64,000 bases of DNA from Candidatus Moraniibacteriota bacterium (lineage in GTDB: Bacteria; Patescibacteriota; Minisyncoccia; Moranbacterales; UBA11712): the NCBI GenBank assembly GCA_028695025.1, contig JAQVJV010000002.1, positions 18,998 through 82,997 on the forward strand. Reading direction: 5' to 3'. The notes under the pieces were generated by a model, which was given only the letters and a program-made list of their open reading frames with translations, was not told the origin of the DNA and ran no database searches. Made by a program: the position numbers and the translations under genes. Shown here in pieces: positions 63,188 through 64,000 of this stretch; the first letter of the stretch is position 1; each line of letters begins with the position of its first letter.

Positions 63188-63784
63188 TTGAAAATATTAA
63201 GCCGCCGATTCTATTCTCAAAACACAATCAAGATTGCCCAAGAACTTCTGGGTTGTTTTCTTGTCCGGGAATATCGCGGAAAAATTATGAAAGTGATAAT
63301 CACGGAAACAGAAGCCTATATTGGGGAAAATGATTTGGCGTGTCATGCGTCGCGCGGTCGGACGCCGCGGACGGAAGTGATGTATGGCGTGCCGGGGCAT
63401 GCCTATGTATATATGATCTATGGGATGTATCATTGCCTGAATGTTGTGACGGAAGAAAAAGATTTTCCCGCGGCGGTTTTGATCCGGGGCGGGATAAATC
63501 CCTCTCCAGCTCTCCCTTTAGCAAAGGGAGAGAGTCCGGGTTTCCCCCTTTGGCAAAGGGGGACTAAGGGGGATTTAAACGGTCCCGGAAAACTCTGCCG
63601 GTTTTTGAAAATTGACCGAAAACTTAATACATGGGATCTCACAAAAAGCGAGAAATTGTGGATTGAGGAACGAGATTCGAAAATAAAATTGCCGAAAGTG
63701 ATAAAGTCTCGGCGTATTGGCATCGATTATGCGAAACATTGTAAAGAATATTTATGGAGATATTCCCTGTCATCCCGCACTTGA
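63188..63784 (+). CDS. mpg: 3-methyladenine DNA glycosylase (AAG/MPG)
   Basis: ITETEAY, YVYMIYGMYHCLNVV, AAVLIR, NGPGKL, RIGI. Confidence 0.95.
   Translation: MKILSRRFYSQNTIKIAQELLGCFLVREYRGKIMKVIITETEAYIGENDLACHASRGRTPRTEVMYGVPGHAYVYMIYGMYHCLNVVTEEKDFPAAVLIRGGINPSPALPLAKGESPGFPLWQRGTKGDLNGPGKLCRFLKIDRKLNTWDLTKSEKLWIEERDSKIKLPKVIKSRRIGIDYAKHCKEYLWRYSLSSRT
63495..63577. repeat. inverted REP-like hairpin pair read in-frame in mpg
   Basis: taaatccctctcc..ctcccttt-agc-aaagggag..ccccctttggcaaaggggg..agggggattta. Confidence 0.8.
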
Positions 63785-63847
63785 TGCGGGATCCAGAGAT
63801 ATATCTAGTTATGTTTTCTGGATCCCGGCTCAAAGGCCGGGATGACA
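63769..63847. repeat. inverted GTCATCCCG-type REP pair
   Basis: tgtcatcccgcacttgatgcgggatcca ... tggatcccggctcaaaggccgggatgaca. Confidence 0.8.
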
Positions 63848-63854
63848 TAATCTA

Positions 63855-64000
63855 ATGAATCTAAATATAAATAGTCAAATCAATATCTCAAGTGATGAAA
63901 CCGCCTTTTCCGAAATCGTAGATGATTATCTCAAGCCGATATATAACTTCACCTATCGCCTGGTAGGCGACAAAGACACGGCCGAGGATCTCACGCAGGA
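63855..64000 (+). CDS. ECF-type RNA polymerase sigma factor, 5' portion
   Basis: DETAFSEIVDDYLKPIYNFTYRLVGDKDTAEDLTQ matches sigma region 2; runs off the window. Confidence 0.85.
   Translation, partial: MNLNINSQINISSDETAFSEIVDDYLKPIYNFTYRLVGDKDTAEDLTQ

Overview
64 kb of a Patescibacteria (CPR) chromosome, most likely Parcubacteria. The taxon call is an inference from gene content and style; TGA is used as stop, so code 11. The backbone is housekeeping: rpoBC, ftsK-rodZ-like-recA, efp-rpsR-ssb-rpsF-ychF, manC/manB, trpS, secG, rnj, uvrA, CIRCE-preceded groEL, a type IV pilus locus bracketed by two kinase/receiver pairs, six tRNAs plus one disrupted copy, vanW, hsp20, prsW, tsaD, HU and mpg. 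Accessory patches lie at 9.7-14.9 kb and 23-26.8 kb. The strongest unexplained signal is a set of miniature inverted-repeat elements: (1) a 299-bp element with perfect 20-bp terminal inverted repeats whose only cargo is a GIY-YIG nuclease; (2) a related-ended 143-bp element with a TTGA target duplication inserted in-frame in a tsaB-like gene; (3) a related-ended 104-bp element that splits a tRNA-Arg(TCT) gene at the T-loop and carries a complete copy of the same tRNA. Other palindrome families are read in-frame inside uvrA, ychF, tsaD and mpg. No CRISPR array, rRNA, integrase or canonical transposase was seen. All calls are by-eye motif recognition; no database searches were run.
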